Assembly: GCA_036381055.1 (NCBI GenBank)
Contig: DASVDO010000017.1
Coordinates: 20,025 to 84,024, forward strand
From: Burkholderiales bacterium
GTDB taxonomy: Bacteria > Pseudomonadota > Gammaproteobacteria > Burkholderiales > SG8-39
Direction of reading: 5' to 3'
DNA length: 64,000 bases
Shown: positions 62,950-64,000 of the stretch, in pieces
Numbering within the stretch: position 1 is the first letter of the stretch
Layout: every line of letters begins with the position of its first letter
The notes under the pieces: model-generated
What the model saw: only the letters and a program-made list of their open reading frames with translations
The model's database searches: none
What the model was told of the DNA's origin: nothing
Position numbers and translations under genes: made by a program

Positions 62950-64000
62950 CTAGTCGTTCCTCCCTGCTGTTGCGGTTTTCGAGAGCTCGCCCGTTACCTG
63001 CGAGCCGAGTCCGCAGGCCTCGTGGACCTGCAGGATCTGTGCGGCGACGGCCACGGCGATCGCCGCCGGCTCCTTGCTCGTGATGCCGCCCACGCCGATC
63101 GGGCAGGCCATGCGCGCGAGCGCCGTGCCGGGCAGGCCGCGCGCCGCGAGGCGCTGCTCGAAGCGCCGGCGCTTGGTCGCCGAGCCGATCAGGCCGAACC
63201 ATCGGAAATCGGCGCGCCTCAGAATCGCCTCGCTCAACTCGAAATCGAGGGCGTGGCTGTGCGTCATGACCAGGAAATAGGCGCCTGCGGGAGCGCGCCG
63301 CACCAGCGCGACGGGCGCGTCGGGCGATTCGACGACGACGTTGCCGGGGAGGCTTGGCGGAAACTCGCCGCTGCGCTCGTCGATCCAGACGATGCGGCAG
63401 TCGATGCCGGAGAGCGTGCGCACCAGCGCGCGGGCGACGTGCCCGGCGCCGAAAAGCCACAGCTCGAAGCCCGGCGCCGCGAGCGGCTCGAGCAGGAAGG
63501 CACGGCCTTCGTTGCCGCGCACGAGGCGCGCCGTGCGCTCCTGCGCGCGCAGCATGCCGGCAACCGCCGCCGCGATCGCCGGCTCGAGCCCGGCGGCCTG
63601 CGTCTCGGCCGCGACCACCCGCGGCTCGGCCGTGCCGGTCGTTTCGCGCACCAGCAGCGCCGGTTGCCCGTCCTGGACGGCGCGCGAAACCGCCGCCGGC
63701 CATTCGGCGCCCGCGCCGACGCGCTCGAAGAGCAGCTCGACGACGCCGCCGCAGCATTGGCCGAGGCTGGCGGCGAGCGGAAAGCGCCTCATTTCGCGCG
63801 CCTGCGGCACGCGCAGCAGGTCGCGGGCGATCTCGACCGCCCGGAACTCCAGGTGCCCGCCGCCGATCGTGCCGTGCGCTTCGCCGGGGGTCACGACCAT
63901 CGCGGCCCCGGCGTCGCGCGGCGCGGAGCCGCGCGTCGCGGCCACCGTCACCAGCACCGCGGCCTCTCGCCGTTGCTGCGCCTGCAAGAGGCAACTTGCC
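62950..64000 (-). CDS. xdhC: Xanthine dehydrogenase accessory protein XdhC (start probably beyond window)
   Basis: VTVAATRGSAPR..GA.M, GTIGGGHLE, LGQCCGG, FGAGHVA, VMTHSHALD, GLIGS, CPIG. Confidence 0.88.
   Translation of the reverse strand, partial: ASCLLQAQQRREAAVLVTVAATRGSAPRDAGAAMVVTPGEAHGTIGGGHLEFRAVEIARDLLRVPQAREMRRFPLAASLGQCCGGVVELLFERVGAGAEWPAAVSRAVQDGQPALLVRETTGTAEPRVVAAETQAAGLEPAIAAAVAGMLRAQERTARLVRGNEGRAFLLEPLAAPGFELWLFGAGHVARALVRTLSGIDCRIVWIDERSGEFPPSLPGNVVVESPDAPVALVRRAPAGAYFLVMTHSHALDFELSEAILRRADFRWFGLIGSATKRRRFEQRLAARGLPGTALARMACPIGVGGITSKEPAAIAVAVAAQILQVHEACGLGSQVTGELSKTATAGRND

Overview
High-GC (visibly >70%) chromosomal window, most consistent with a Betaproteobacterium (six Bug/TTT receptor genes, pagL, ettA, ophBC-like genes). 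It holds about 80 CDS. These include a GNAT/ATP-grasp/phosphoesterase operon, a phthalate-type Rieske catabolic cluster, envelope and stress genes (cls, PLD-VTT, hsp20, lemA-TPM-TPM, pqiAB, three GSTs) and two further aromatic-catabolism clusters rich in Bug genes. No rRNA, tRNA, CRISPR array or integrase was seen. The most unusual structure is a family of ~24-25 bp hairpin (REP-like) repeats that bracket two modules as perfect inverted repeats. Module 15032-15480 carries a lower-GC orphan ORF ending in a truncated integron attC-like site. Module 38700-39583 carries a decayed REP-associated tyrosine transposase (RAYT) and a pilin-like microprotein. All four outer repeat ends coincide with the stop codons of the convergent flanking genes. 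Other highlights are a SelW/Rdx selenoprotein missed by the ORF track (CxxU plus SECIS hairpin), a relay of two ATGA-coupled micro-uORFs in front of infA, several genes that seem to need near-cognate start codons (ATT/CTG/ATC), and many apparently leaderless genes. All family assignments come from motif recognition, not database searches.
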